From Anthoceros angustus (lineage: Eukaryota > Plantae > Anthocerotophyta): 64,000 bases of DNA. Below, piece by piece: positions 49,700-63,160 of this stretch. The notes under the pieces were generated by a model. The model saw only the letters and a program-made list of their open reading frames with translations. It did no database searches and was not told the origin of the DNA. The DNA lies in contig MU008168.1 of the NCBI GenBank assembly GCA_010909165.1, positions 124,001 to 188,000 of the forward strand, in the 5' to 3' direction. A program made the translations under genes and the position numbers. The first letter of the stretch is position 1. Every line of letters starts with the position of its first letter.

Positions 49700-52560
49700 G
49701 CCAAGGAGAGTAGGGAGGATGCTCCTTCCGGGAGAGTTGAAGGAGAGGGCGTCAAAACATCAACAGCCCTGCGTGTACAGAGAGCGGCAGGCTCTTGCAG
49801 CCACTCGTATTAGGGAATGCTCTGCGTGAACAAGAAGTGGCTCGTACACTAGCCAATCGCTTTTATGCCTTACCGATACACGGCGAAAGTCGAGAGACAT
49901 CTTGGAGGTGTTTAGTCACCTACCACTTCTCAAGTTGTATAGGCCAGGCTACAAAGGATGCAAAAGAGATCCAACTAGGAGCATTGTTGTTGAAGAATGT
50001 GCGAGGCTTGCACAAACTTGAAGGCGCCTTCAAGTTGGAGACCATTTGCGAGCAAGGAACACCTGCTCAACGTCATTTTATCTCAAGATCTCCAAGACAA
50101 TCACCTTGTTGCTACGCTTTCCCACCACATTGGAGTCGGGGAGGCGATCCATCGAGCCCTAAGCACAAGGCGGGAGGGCATGCCTCGTGAGATCTGGTTG
50201 GGTGATGGAAGGAGATCAAGATCGATATCCTTTCGCCACATGTTAAGGCCACCATCGTCCACTTTTGGGAATCGGCTTCCGTCCTTCATCCAACACAAAA
50301 GATACCAAGCGGTTATGAATAGCACAAAACGTTCATCAACATATCACGCACTTTCGGACATGTCATGTGTATGTGGAATTGTTCGACTTGCTAGGTTTGA
50401 GATTTGTGTCTAGGTTGCTGATCCGAAGGACGTGTCTTGGGTCCTTCTAACCGCTTGTGTTTCCTTCCTCATACAACCGTAGGGTGTCTTCCTATTGGGC
50501 AACTGACTCTATGCCGCCAAAACAGAGACAAATTGAACCGAGTGTGTTACATGTTTGTTGGTTACGCCACCGGGACCCAAGCTTGCATGTTTGACCCCAA
50601 TGTCCTATGCTCACATATGATCTGCGACTCCATGTGGCCTCCATTGTGGGTTTGGTGTTGCTTTTACCAGGTTTCTTAGGTGATTGGTGTGTTCTTCTCG
50701 ACATGTGCGAGAGTTCTACCTTCGCTCGCCAAGAACACCCGGAAATACAAGTTGGGCAACGGTCATTCGAGAAGTTGAAGCCGTTCTTTGTTAAGAGCTT
50801 GCAAGAGCGCAATCTCGCCGGTACCATGTGGAAATGGCGTTCCTTAAAGATGCCTTCAATAACCTCCGGCAGCCTGTGGTTCACCCGTGGCGATGTCATT
50901 GTTCTGTGTGTGCTCATCCTTTTGGCTCAAGAGCTTCATTGTAACGCCCACTTGTTTGGCTTCACAGACACTATGTGAGCGTGTTCTTTGTGCAAAGGGT
51001 GAGGATCCCGGCATTCCCCGCATGCTTGCTAGGAACATGTGTGGTGTCAACACACTTCCTTCCGCCTTCGAGACATGTTTGGATATTCGTGCAAATGCTT
51101 AAGTGGCTGTTTTCAATATCAGGTAGTCGGAAAGGATGCTGATGGCAACGACAAGAAAAGGATCAAACTAGTGTTTAGGGAAACACATCCTTCCGTGTTT
51201 GTGGAGTATATGAAGGTAAGGCTGAAGGAGTTTCTGTTTCATGATTATATCCAGCGGTGGCAGGGGATAGAGTTCAGACATTGTCTCGAATGGTTCCCAC
51301 AGGATGTTGTGGTTTCGTCTCGATTTTGCTTAACTATGCATTTGGGGTCCGAATGAGATTCAATCCATGCACCGCGTAACGACTGTGTTACTATTTTGGT
51401 GTTGGTTTTTACAGCAATGGCCTCTGATGCAGAGGACCCGCATCAATTGAGAAGTACTATCACTTTTATATTAGCGGCGACATGGTCCATGACACTCTAT
51501 TTGTGCAACACTTACAAAACAAAGGGCGTGGATGCGGATGCGGATTCCCTCAACCTCGAGAACACCGGTGCTGGCCGACAAGGCAGCCAATTCAAAGCGT
51601 GTCGACCTAGCTACTTCATTGCTCGGTATCCTAGCATCACGGTGGGTGCAACATGCTTTGGTCTTATTTTGGAAGTGGGCACGGAAGGGGAGCACGATGG
51701 TGCAGTGCCATCTTGAAGCGTGCTGCTGCAGTCGTCCCCTGCTGGCGGGGATGGAAAATGCTGCAGATGTGGTGGAGTACCGCAGAAAACATCTCACGCC
51801 AGCTCTTATGCAAGTGCTGATCATGCGCACCGTTTTTGGCTCATTGGAAAGACAGAGGTAAACCGTCAAACAAATTTGGTTGTGACCCCATACCGATCCA
51901 AGCAAATGCACACAGTATGGTTGTGACATGCATGACGCAATTGCGAATGCGGAGCCTTGCATGTTTCGTGCAGAGTGTATGGAGAGCAACCATTCGTGTG
52001 AAATGGTGCCTGCCGGCTTTTGAGGTCGCTAATCACACCTCATGGACAGTCACCGGCCCTGCATAAACACGACAAGCGGTTGACCAGCAAGTCCTGACCG
52101 ATGATTGCCGATCGTGCACTTCCAACAATTGAAGCGGTGAGGATGATGATGTTGATGATGTCTCGTAGATGGCGTATATCTTGGAAGTTGGAGATAACTT
52201 CCTTGTCTTGCGCACTCGCAGATGAAGGGCTGGATTTTTACCGTTGACTTGCACTAAGGCTGCACACGCATCGGAGTCTCGGTATTGCCCTTGGAGTAAA
52301 AGAGAATTCCAGTGGGAGGAGGTGGTTGTCGGACAATACTATATGTTGGAAAAGCATTTGCCCGAGTCCGTGTATAGCTTGCCTTGGGATCCGGAGGAAT
52401 GCATTTTGCCACTCAAATTGTTCGACATGCAAGTTCACAATGGCACCACATGGGCACGATGGAGAAGTCCATATATAGGCTAACCACCTGTGAACAAGTC
52501 ACGCCTATGTCTATGAAAGCAATCGAGGAAGGTGAGTACTCTTACCGTGGAAGTCGGCGT
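49700..52560 (+). mobile_element. Second, distinct Sola-like DDE transposase (HGKG-type), frameshifted
   Basis: EHPEIQVGQRSFEKLKPFFV, HDYIQRWQ..FPQDVVVS..DF, EIQSMH, SQFKACR, FGSGHG(R/K)G.HDGAV, and a Cys-rich segment near 51950, spread across frames. Confidence 0.6.
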
Positions 52561-52917
52561 GGTTCATGATCAACTGGTCTTGAGATGAGCACAACCCGAT
52601 TCGATCAACACTGCATCGCGCGAGAGAACGAATGGCCGTGCCGGCGATGTTATTTTCACATTGTTCGGACATGCAAGTTCACAATGGCACCACATGGGCA
52701 CGATGGAGAAGTCCAGCTATAGGCTAACCACCGCCCGGAACAAGTCACGCCTATATGAAAGCAAGCGAGGAAGGTGAGTACTCTTACCGAAGTAGTTCGT
52801 GGTTCATGATCAACTGTGGTCTTGAGATGAGCACAACCCGATTCGATCAACACTGTCGCGTGCGGGAGAACAATTAATGCAAGCGCCGTGCCCCGATGAT
52901 GTTATTTTCACATTGTT
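52418..52917. repeat. Tandem duplication of about 245 bp; further partial repeats continue to ~53310
   Basis: ttgttc(g)gacatgcaagttcacaatggcaccacatgggcacgatggagaagtcc...cttgagatgagcacaacccgattcgatcaacactg occurs twice. Confidence 0.85.
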
Positions 52918-53309
52918 TCGAGGGCTGCGTTTATCAGATCTGCTATGTTGTCACCCTGTTTCTGGGTGCCGAGTTTACTAGACTGTGTTGTCACACTGCA
53001 TGTTTTAAGTGCGGTAGTTTACAAAATGTTTTTGGCTCAAGACTTGTGACCCAAATTCGTGCTATAACGCCGCTTTTTCGATATATGTTTCTGCCCGATA
53101 GATCATGTTCATTCTGGTTTGAGATGAGCACAACCGATTGGATGAACACTGTCATGAGGAGGACAACGATGCAAGTATGTGAGGTTTCTATTTTCACATT
53201 GGGGGGTGATATGTTGTCATGTGGGTGCCGAGTTTACTAGACTATGTTGTCATGGTTTGCATGGGCTTTCACAAAATGTTTTTGGCTCAAGACTTGTGAC
53301 CCAAATGTG

Positions 53310-53690
53310 CTATGGGTATGCTTTGGGATATGTTGTGGTGATGTGGGAGGGGATGTGGGAGCTCAAGTTTGATGGGATGTGATGTATGTGGATGTGGGTA
53401 TGGGTATGTGGTATGTGGGTATGTGGATGTATGGGATGTGGATGTGGATGTGGGGATGGGATGTGGATGTGGATGTGGATGTGGGGATGGGATGGGGATG
53501 GGATGTGGGTATGTGGATGTGGATGTGGATGTGGATGTGGGATGGGATGTATGGATGGGATGTGGGATGCGGGATGTGGTATGTGGATGTATGTGGGTAT
53601 GTGGGTATGGGATGTGGATGTGTGGGGATGTGATGTGGGATGGGATGGGGATGGGATGGGATGTGGGATGGGATGGGATGTGGATGCTGC
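53310..53690. repeat. Degenerate (GATGTG/GGATG/GGTAT)n microsatellite
   Basis: Visible directly; it explains the His/Pro-rich and Met/Trp/Gly-rich spurious ORFs. Confidence 0.95.
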
Positions 53691-55149
53691 ATGGAAGCTT
53701 GGGCCTGTGAAGGACCGCACGTAAGGCTGTTGTGATTCCGCCTTATTGGAATGTCAAGCTTGTATCCTTTGGATCTTTCAGCACCATCCACTTGGGAGTT
53801 GGGGTATCTGGATCAGGAATGCTAATGAAGGCACGTTAGAATTTGCTGAAAGGCTCGGCCGGTGCCGCAGGATCGAGCATGCTTGAGGCCGAGTGGGTGT
53901 CGTCGCATAAGCCGCACCAAGCGCTATGTGCAAATTCAAGTTGGAGCATGACATTCAAGGTTACTAGCTTCGGAGCCTTCAAGGTGCAAAAGGAGTTCTG
54001 GACAAAATTCAAACATTGGTGCGTCGCATCCGCTAAACTGAGACAATGCTTTATGACTCGGGAGGCTGGTGACTTACGCAACCGACCAGCAAGAGGTTGA
54101 TTGTCCACATGTTGAAGGTTCTAACGGCACAATAACAAATAGGTTTGAAAACACGAAAGAGGACGCCAGCGGTGGTAAGCGACCACCCCGTGGTTTCAAG
54201 TTCATGTGTTGTCCTTGAAGACACCGCAACACCGCTTCGAGAAGTTGTAGTGGGCTATAGCAAGCATGAAGCCGGCGTTAAGAACTTTGTGGATGTGTTT
54301 CAGACATTGCTTCCTGCGGCTTACTGTTCAGTCGGCTTGACTGTTGTGAAATTCTTTATCTCTGGGTAAATGGCCCTAGTTTTCCCATTTTCAATCATTG
54401 CAAACAAAGCAGACTCCATGCACTCTTCGCCGTGTCGGACTCTTGGTCACGTTGGCCTCAAATCTTTGGTCCCCTATGCCGGGTTCGACAAGCTGTTGAA
54501 AGGATCGAGGTCGAATTTTCAAAATCTATCGCCAGTGATTGGCCATCCAGGCCTTGCTTTCCTTACACTTGGGCATGTTACAGCAAAAGTAATCATGTCA
54601 CCCACCTTCGGCCTTATGCACACGAGTGGCCTCCGGCATTGGCAATTTAAAGCCGGCAAGCACTTCAGACCACGCAAGCTAGCCCGCCTTTGTCCTTTGT
54701 GGAGATCGGCGGACTTCGCTCTTGTATGCAATGGAAGGATTGCACTTGGGAGGAGTGGTTGGTGTGGGGGAGGGGACATGGAATCTTCAAGCCGGATTAG
54801 GCAAGCTGGCCCAGGGCACCCTCTTCGCGCCGGAGGTGAGTATCAGCCATTTGTCAATGACAGAAAGTCAGCTAGTCACCTTGGCCGCACACTACTTGCA
54901 TCGAATGGAACGGGCCAAGGCACGCCAGCGCTACTGGAAGAAGGTCCGAGATCAGTGTGTGGCCCCATATGCCAGGCCTTCCACTGCCGCCAGGCACGCT
55001 GCTGCACATCATGGAGGTGGTCGGGTTGACGGCGAAGGCACCGACCGCAGTTCCGTGGGGACTCAAGCGAGGAGGACAGCGGCGTGATAGATTGAGGGCG
55101 CCACCCGAGGTCGGGCAACAAGTTCCTTCCGTCTGGCTAGCTCTCGCAC

Positions 55150-55500
55150 ATCCACGACACTAGATAGGTTGTGTGACAATGGGTGGATGGCGGAGCGATC
55201 CCTTGATGCTTATTTTGTGGCATTGTACATTACATCGACTTTGGGCCACGAGGGTGGCAGAAATCGGTGGTGTGGCATATTTTGGATCTTTGGTTTCATG
55301 TTAAAGCTGGTTCTGCAGAGCCCGCCTTTTGTTGTGTGTTCTCCCACAAAATGTCTACATGGCCGTGTGTCAAAACTAATCTGTCATTGGAATTGCATAT
55401 GTGTCCGTGCCACGAGCTCGAAGCGGATCGCCCGAGGCATCGAGACCATCCGAGGCCCTCTTTTCTCGCGCAATCGGGTTTGCTCGTAATTGAGCAATTA
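55150..55500 (+). pseudogene. Possible Ulp1/C48 peptidase fragment (transposon cargo)
   Basis: NGWMAERSLDAYFVALY and ICHWNCICV resemble the Ulp1 WLxD..I..Y and HW motifs. Confidence 0.35.
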
Positions 55501-56299
55501 CAACCGGTAGCCTCCTCCCAACGCTAAGAACTACAAACGGAGAATTGCTTCACAGGACCCACAAAAACCAGGTGCATTCTCCCACAAGTAACATGATTGT
55601 CAAAAGTGCAAGGATTCACATCTATGCCAATTATGGATGCTTGCACATTACACTGTCCATCCACGATCCTACACACGTCCAAGCCTTGACAAAAAGTGAC
55701 CACTGTGGACTAAGAACAAAGCAAGCCCATGTATATTTTGCAGCAGACCCTCCCTTTACGCTATGTCGCCACAACTTGATCCAACCATGTTCTATATCCA
55801 GAGAGCCGTAAGCTGGAGTGTTCTTGTTCTTCTCATTGGCCCCGGAATAGCTACCATTGGAAACTTCGTGGTCGTGATCCCGCTTCAAGCATTATTGGGT
55901 CACCACGTGGCTCGAATCCAGAGTGGTAGGCACTTTTGTCGAGGGCACCGCTCATAGTAGTAACCTTTCACAACCTTTTCACCGCCGCAAAATCTCACCA
56001 CCCCATCACTGGATCTTCGCTTGCAGCCTAATGTGACCATGGGCTCAGGCAACGCAATACATACCACGTAACTTTCTCTTTATTACCGTGCCTCGAACGC
56101 ACCATGAAGTTATCTCGCACAGTGACGCCAGACCAAATTCCAAACCCGGTTGTTCCACCATGGCACTTTGTGAAGCTTTCTTGGGACGCCTGGTCTCCGG
56201 ACTTGGAGGCACCCTTCCGCTTTCAAAGTTCGAGTGCTCCGCTTGCCTTTTCTACGCAAAGACCGACGCCGCCCACCGGATACCTCCACCACTTCACGA

Positions 56300-57500
56300 T
56301 GCCGGAAGTGGCGATTTCTCCGCATCCTTATGAATGACAATAGCCACACCGGTGGTCGACATAGTGGCCGCTTCACCAGCAGTAGAATCGGCCATTGGAA
56401 CACCAGCACAAGTGGCCACATCCATACCAGTCTGCAAAGCCACTGCCATAGTGGTCACGTCCTCCCCATCCTTGCTGGGCACCTCCACCTCATCTTCTAG
56501 TTCTCGTATCTGTGGTCACTTCCACACAGACGGGCACAAGTTCTACAGGTTGCGTGTTCGTCTGCACAAGCTGTGTGTCATTCTTGACAGCCAGAGTTTC
56601 ATCATCATGCACAAGGTGGGTGTCCACCTGCACGACCTGAGTCTCGGTGTAGAAAACCTGGGTATCCTCCTGCACTGCCTGGGTATCCTCTTCCACTGCC
56701 TGGGTATCCTCTTCCACTGACGATCTTCAACACACGAGTTGTAGGTGGCCTTGTTGAGCCGACCACACATGGGTGCCCACCTTGTGGCCCACCACCAATC
56801 GACCCATGTCGTGAGTGGAATCAAAACTGGGGCCAAGAACAAAGAAGTCGCCACGTGAGAGGCATCTGCATCAACCAAAGGAGCCAACCCCAAACATGAC
56901 ATCGCTGGATCGCCACATGAGTGGGCCAAATACACACCACACTCGTAGTCGTGCCTCACCGGGACTCAATCCGGTTTGAGACCGGGACCACCAGATCTGG
57001 CGACTCCATGACATAGTTGTGCATTGGCCAACAGGCGAATCGAATCGGGCTTTGGGATAGGTGGCCTGCCCACGTGGTGGTGTGATCAACGCCAAGACCG
57101 CCAAGGGGACAGGCAGCCTACTATATGTGCCTAGGGACAAGCGAATTGCTATTAGCACAAAGGTCTCAGATATAGCTTTTCCATGCAAAGCAACAACCTT
57201 AGAGCACTACTAACCGTGAGACTCATGAACGCCTTCTTATGTGAGTCACCGGGGCACTATCCTGCAGCACCCCCAACAATTCTTCCAAACGGTGCTCCAT
57301 GATGTGGAATTCTTGCAGGCAGCCATGATAATGCTCCCACTCGCTTCCTCGGTCACGTTCCGGGCATCCGTTGGACTCCACTAGTGAATGGCCAACCCTT
57401 GGCCCGCAACCACTGGACTTGAAGAGAACAAGGGATTGGGGCAGTCACCGACCAAAGATGTGTTGGTAGAGGCATACATCGTGAAACAAAGGCCCACAAG
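56300..57500 (-). pseudogene. Possible Ulp1/C48 peptidase fragment followed by an acidic EEDTQAV repeat
   Basis: RFDS and RHDYECGVYL resemble the Ulp1 DS and D.YDCGV catalytic motifs; 21-bp tandem repeats at ~56655-56718. Confidence 0.4.
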
Positions 57501-57564
57501 GGAGGAAAACAAAGTCATAGCATCCGAATCCCCTACATAGCACCACAAAACCAGTTGCAGTTAG

Positions 57565-57641
57565 ATGCATGGGAATAGATCTCAGGACACAAAACAAGGC
57601 ATGCATGGGAATAGATCTCAGGACACAAAACAAGGCATGCA
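57565..57641. repeat. 36-bp perfect tandem duplication
   Basis: atgcatgggaatagatctcaggacacaaaacaaggc occurs twice. Confidence 0.9.
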
Positions 57642-58329
57642 TACGGCGGCAGAAGTACCTGGTGCACACGCAGCACTTCGTGATCTGGAGGGCTACATTC
57701 TGGCTAGTGTAAGAAGGGGCTGGAATCCATTGAGGAGTCCTTTCTTTCTTGAGCGTCAAGCTATGTATGCGCCAAAGGCATCATGTAAATCCGCCACACG
57801 TTGGAGGGCGCCACGCTTTTGTTGTTGGCTCTCGATTGTCCGCCTCCTCGTGACACGAGCAACATGTGCATCTTCTACCTGCAAAGGACAGTACATAATT
57901 AGGTCAGGCTCGTGTGAGTATGAAGTTGATGACTGCTCCACATAACCGCACCTCCTTGTTATAGCAGATTGCGCCAAGGGCGCGCTCTGTTGTGAGCTCC
58001 CCTAGAGCAATTTTTGCTGCTGCAAGGTTGCTTGTCTCCTCGCTTGCAATCACCGACAGCCTGGTCTCTTGCTTCGACAAGGAGATGAGGTCTTCCACCA
58101 GTTGCGTTTTGATCTTTGTGTGCAACTCTAGCGTATCCCCACACACGAAAACAAGTGTGCACAGGACAACTTGAGGAAATGCTAACATGTCCACCATGCC
58201 ACCCAAGAAGACAAGATGAGAAAGTGCCCACAGTCCAAAATGTGACAGAATGCCGATGAATAGCTGCATGTGTCCACAATGTCACATAATAACAATGGCA
58301 TCGGAATTGTAAAGATGTCCATGACAACA

Positions 58330-58670
58330 TGACGGCAGGAGAAATGCCCACAGTGCACAACGTGACATGATGAGATGAACAAATGCCCACAGTGCACAAC
58401 GTGACATGATGACAGATGAACAAATGCCCACAAGTGCACAAAGTGACATGATGACGATGAACAATTGCCCACGTGCACAACGTGAGATGATGACGATGAA
58501 CAGAGGCCTACAGTGCACAACGTGACATGATGATGATGAGATGCCTACAGTGCACAACGTGACACGATGACGATGACAGATGCCTACAGGTGCACAACGT
58601 GACACGATGACAGCATGAACAAATGCTTACAGGTGCACAACGTGACATGATGACAGCATGAACAAATGCT
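58330..58670. repeat. Minisatellite, unit about 33-41 bp, about 9 copies
   Basis: atgaacaaatgc(c/t)(c/t)acagtgcacaacgtgacatgatgac reiterated. Confidence 0.9.
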
Positions 58671-59227
58671 GTCACTTCCACCGCGTGAATACACGACGAC
58701 CGAAGAAACTGCCCACACTCCAGGACGTCACCGTATCACCACCCGGCCATGCATGACGGATCTGACAACGGACGACGACATGACAAGCATACACTACATG
58801 CGATGACGAACATGACAAGACACCACTAGGTGTTGATGTGCCCAAAGTGGCCCCCGCCAAACCGCACGATAGATGTCGGAATGCCCATGAGGCCCCTCTC
58901 CTCCCTCCCTCCCGTGAAGAATCCTCACAATTGAGCTACCGCAAGAGTCTATCTCAATCCACGAAAACACCAAGCTCACACAAAACAAAGATACGCTTAG
59001 CAAGCAAAGTGAACTTTACAAGATCGAGGCTAAGTCAAAACCAGCAAAGAACTTGTCAAGCTTGTTGCTCCCTCTGCAATCTATAAGAGCAAGCTCACAT
59101 AAATCAAGCTCAAACTCATAAACGTGATGGATGCGAAAACCAGGAACAAACCCTTCCAAATGAGCGATTGGGCTCAAGGCAGTCCTGCAGTCCTAAGCAA
59201 AGCACATGACCTAAGGGTAGCACTCAG

Positions 59228-61870
59228 TGAATCTTAAACCGCAGGAATCTAAAACTATAAGGAAAACCCACGACATTGCACTGCCTCCGGTTCTACATCC
59301 TCCGCCTCCGGAACGATGGTTTCCGTCCTCCTCAGCAGCTATGACATCAACCTCCTCTTGAATACATTCTTGCTCACGCTCCGTGCATGCAAGTCCTCAT
59401 TTGGGTCTTGCTCTCCACCGGCCACCTGCTAACCTCATCACGGTGTCCTCAGAGTCCGAGGACACTCGCCCCAACACTGCCTTCTTGCCCTTCCCTTGCT
59501 CTGTGACCTCGTCATAGGGCCATGTGATCCAGGGGTCTCCTTCTCCTTGTGAACTTTCTTATCCTTCTCCATGTCCTCACATTCTTGTGCTTGGAGGCCT
59601 TTACCTCATTAGTTTTCGTGCATAGGCCACCCAACGATGGACCAGGTAACTTTTTCTCAACAAGGATGCCAATGGCCATCAACCTAGGGATCTTCCGCCC
59701 CAAGACTAACTCGCTTGCCGTATATCTTGAAAACCAAGTCGTCGATGTTTCTCCACTCCTTGTCTGACAGCTTATCTGATCCCTTCCACCCATAAGCATC
59801 ATTGCCTGTTCCTGTTACCCCAAACCAGAGGGTAAGCACGTCCTGGCCGCCCACTGCCTCCCTCAAACCTTGCTGCAACTTGCTTTGGCGAACATCCACT
59901 CCTTCCACCCGCAAGTTGTAGTCTCCTTCATGCCAAGACCAGGCGGAACGCTTCCACTTTGGCACTGCCTCCAAGGCTCGACTCACACACTGTGAGCGGC
60001 TCAACATGTTTTTGAGGGCATGCTTTTGATTCCTCGAGATGCCTAATGTCTCCTCCTCATCGAGGAAGCCATGTCACTCCAACACCGAGCACCTCGACCA
60101 CCCAGACACGCACATGTGCACACATTTGCATTAAGCCGCTCAAGTTCTTGACAAGACACACAGGAGCATCGAGAAGCCGCACCTCGGCACCCACTCCAAG
60201 GCCAACCCTCACACGCCCAAAGACCACATTTAACTGCACATGTGCACACAAGACCGCAGCGTGCTCAAGTTCTTCACTCCAGCACCGCACAAGGAGAAGC
60301 TGCACATCGGCACCCACTCCAACAAAATCACAATGCCACCACCTCACAAGCCTAGCACCTGCACATGTGCACACAAGAGCATTATTCAGGCTCAAGTCCT
60401 TCACTGTAACATTGCACACAAGGAATGATCAAAGGAGCTGCACCTCGGCACCCACTAGAGCACCCTCACGCCCAAAGACCACCCCCTTGAGCGCACATGT
60501 CCACACAAGACCGCAGCGGCTCAAGTTCTTCGTGGACACCATAGACAAGGAGAAGCCGCGCCCACCCACTCCAGCACTCACATGAATCTTAAACCGCAGG
60601 AATCTAAAACTATAAGGAAAACCCACGACATTGCACTCTCGGTTCTACATCCTCCGCTCCGAACGGCATGGTTTCCGTCCTCCTCACCCTATGATGACAT
60701 CAACCTCCTCTTGGAATACATTCTTGCTCACGCCTGCATGCAAGTCCTCATTTGGGTCTTGCTCTCCACCGGCCACCTAACCTCATCACTGTCCTCGAGT
60801 CCGAGGACACCGCCCTGACCTTCTTGCCCTTCCCTTGCTCTGTGACCTCGTCATAGGGCCATGTGATCCAGGTCTCCTTCTCCTTGTGCACTTTCTTATC
60901 CTTCTCCATGTCCTCACATTCTTGTGCTTGGAGGCCTTTACCTCATTAGTTTTCGTGCATAGGCCCAAACTGACACTTTTTCTCAACAAGGATGCCAATG
61001 GCCATCAACCTAGGGATCTTCTGCCCCCTAGGACTAACTCGCTTGCCGTATATCTTGAAAACCAAGTCGTCGATGTTTCTCCACTCCTTGTCGACATCGA
61101 TCCCTTCCACCCATAAGCATCATTGCATTCTGTTACCCCAAACCGGAGGGTAAGCACGTCTGGCCGCCGCCTCCCTCAAACCTTGCTGCAACTTGCTTTG
61201 GCGAACATCCACTCCTTCCACCCAGTTGTAGTCTCCTTCATGCCAAGACCAGCGGAACGCTTCCACTTTGGCCGCCTCCAAGGCTCGACTCACACGGTGA
61301 GCTCAACATGTTTTTGAGGGCACGCTTTTGATTCCTTGAGATGCCTAATGTCTCCTCCTCATCGAGGAAGCCATGTCACTCCAACACTGAGCACCTCGAC
61401 CACCCAGACACGCACATGTGCACACATTTGCATTAAGCCGCTCAAGTTCTTGACAAGACACACAGGAGCATCGAGAAGCCGCACCTCGGCACCCACTCCA
61501 AGGCCAACCCTCACACGCCCAAAGACCACATTTAACTGCACATGTGCACACAAGACCGCAGCGTGCTCAAGTTCTTCACTCCACACCGCACAAGGAGAAG
61601 CACATCGGCACCCACTCCAACAAAATCACAATGCCACCACCTCACAAGCCTAGCACTGCACATGTGCACACAAGAGCATTATTCAGGCTCAAGTCCTTCA
61701 CCGTAACATTGCACACAAGGAATGATCGAGCCGCACTCGCACCCACTAGAGCACCCTCACGCCCAAAGACCTCACGCCCCTAGAGCATGCACATGTCCAC
61801 ACAAGACCGCAGCGGCTCAAGTTCTTCGTGGACACCATAGACAAGGAGAAGCCGCGCCCACCCACTCCAG
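59228..61870. repeat. Tandem duplication of about 1.3 kb (59228-60582 and 60583-~61870)
   Basis: Both copies start tgaatcttaaaccgcaggaatctaaaactataaggaaaacccacgacattgcac; differences are mostly small deletions. Confidence 0.9.
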
Positions 61871-63160
61871 ATACGCACATGTGCACACATTTGCATTAAG
61901 CCGCTCAAGTTCTTCATGACACACACAGAGCGGTCGGAGAAGCCGCACCTCGGCACCCACTCAAGGCCACCTCACACGCCCGGACCTCACGGCCCAAACA
62001 CGCACATGTGCACACAAGACCGCAAAGCAGGCTCAAGTTCTTCACTCCAGCACCGCACACAAGGAGAAGCTGCACATCGGCACCCACTCCAACAAAATCA
62101 CAATGCCACCACCTCACAAGCCTAGCACCTGCACATGTGCACACAAGAGCATTATTCGAGGCTCAAGTCCTTCAACTGACATTGAACACAAGGAATGATC
62201 AAAGGGCTGCACTCGGCACCCTAGAGCACCCTCACACGCCCAAAGACCTCACGCACATGTCCACAGCAGTTAAGCCGGCTCAAGTTCTTGGACACCATAG
62301 ACAAGGGAAGCCGCGTCGGCACCCACTCAAGGCCAGCACCCTCACGCGCACAACATCTCACGCCCCGATCCGCACATGTGCACACAAGAGCATTACTCTC
62401 AAGTCCTTCACCGTGACATTGAACACGGAATGATCAAAGGAGCCGCACCTCACACTGAGCACCCTCACACGCCCAAAGACCACTCACCCTAGAGCATGCA
62501 CATGTCCACACAAGACCGTTAAGCCGTGTTCTTCTGACACCAGACAATGAGAAGCCGCACGTCGGCACCCACTCCAAGGCCAGCACCCTCACGCCAAGAC
62601 AAAGATCTCATGACCGCACATGTGCACACAAGAGCATTATTCGCTCAAGTCCTTCACGTGACATTGAACACACGGAATGATCAAAGGAGCCGCACCTCGA
62701 TGCTGGAGCACCCTCACACGCCCAAAGACCTCACGCCCTAGAGCATGCACATGTCCACACAAGACCGCAGCGGCTCAAGTTCTTCAAAGACACCACAGAC
62801 AATGAGAAGCCGCACGCCACCCACTCCAAGGCCAAGACCTCACGCCACAAAGATCTCCCCGCACTGCATGTGCACACAAGAGCGTAAAGCAAGGCTCAAG
62901 TCCTTCACGTGACATTGAACACAAGGAATGATCAAAGGAGCCGCACTCGGCACCCATCGGAGCACCCTCACACGCCCAAAGACCTCACGCCCTAGAGCAT
63001 GCACATGTCCACACAAGACCGTTAAGCCGGCTCAAGTTCTTCAAAGGACACCACGCATAATGAGAAGCCGCACGCCGGCACCCACTCCAAGGCCAAGACC
63101 TCACGCCACAAAGATCTCGGCCCTGCACTCGCACATGTGCACACAAGAGCGTAGCAAGCC
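60100..63160. repeat. Complex satellite built from related 110-150 bp units
   Basis: Recurrent gcacatgtgcacacaaga..gctcaagt(t/c)ctt..gagccgcacctcggcacccactc..ctcacacgcccaaagacc. Confidence 0.85.

Noticed and set aside
53310-53791. His/Pro-rich and Cys/Gly/Met-rich ORFs resembling metallothioneins
   Set aside because: Translations of a GATGTG-type microsatellite that is open in most frames
58330-58670. CRISPR-like periodic repeats
   Set aside because: Contiguous degenerate units with no unique spacers, no cas genes, eukaryotic context
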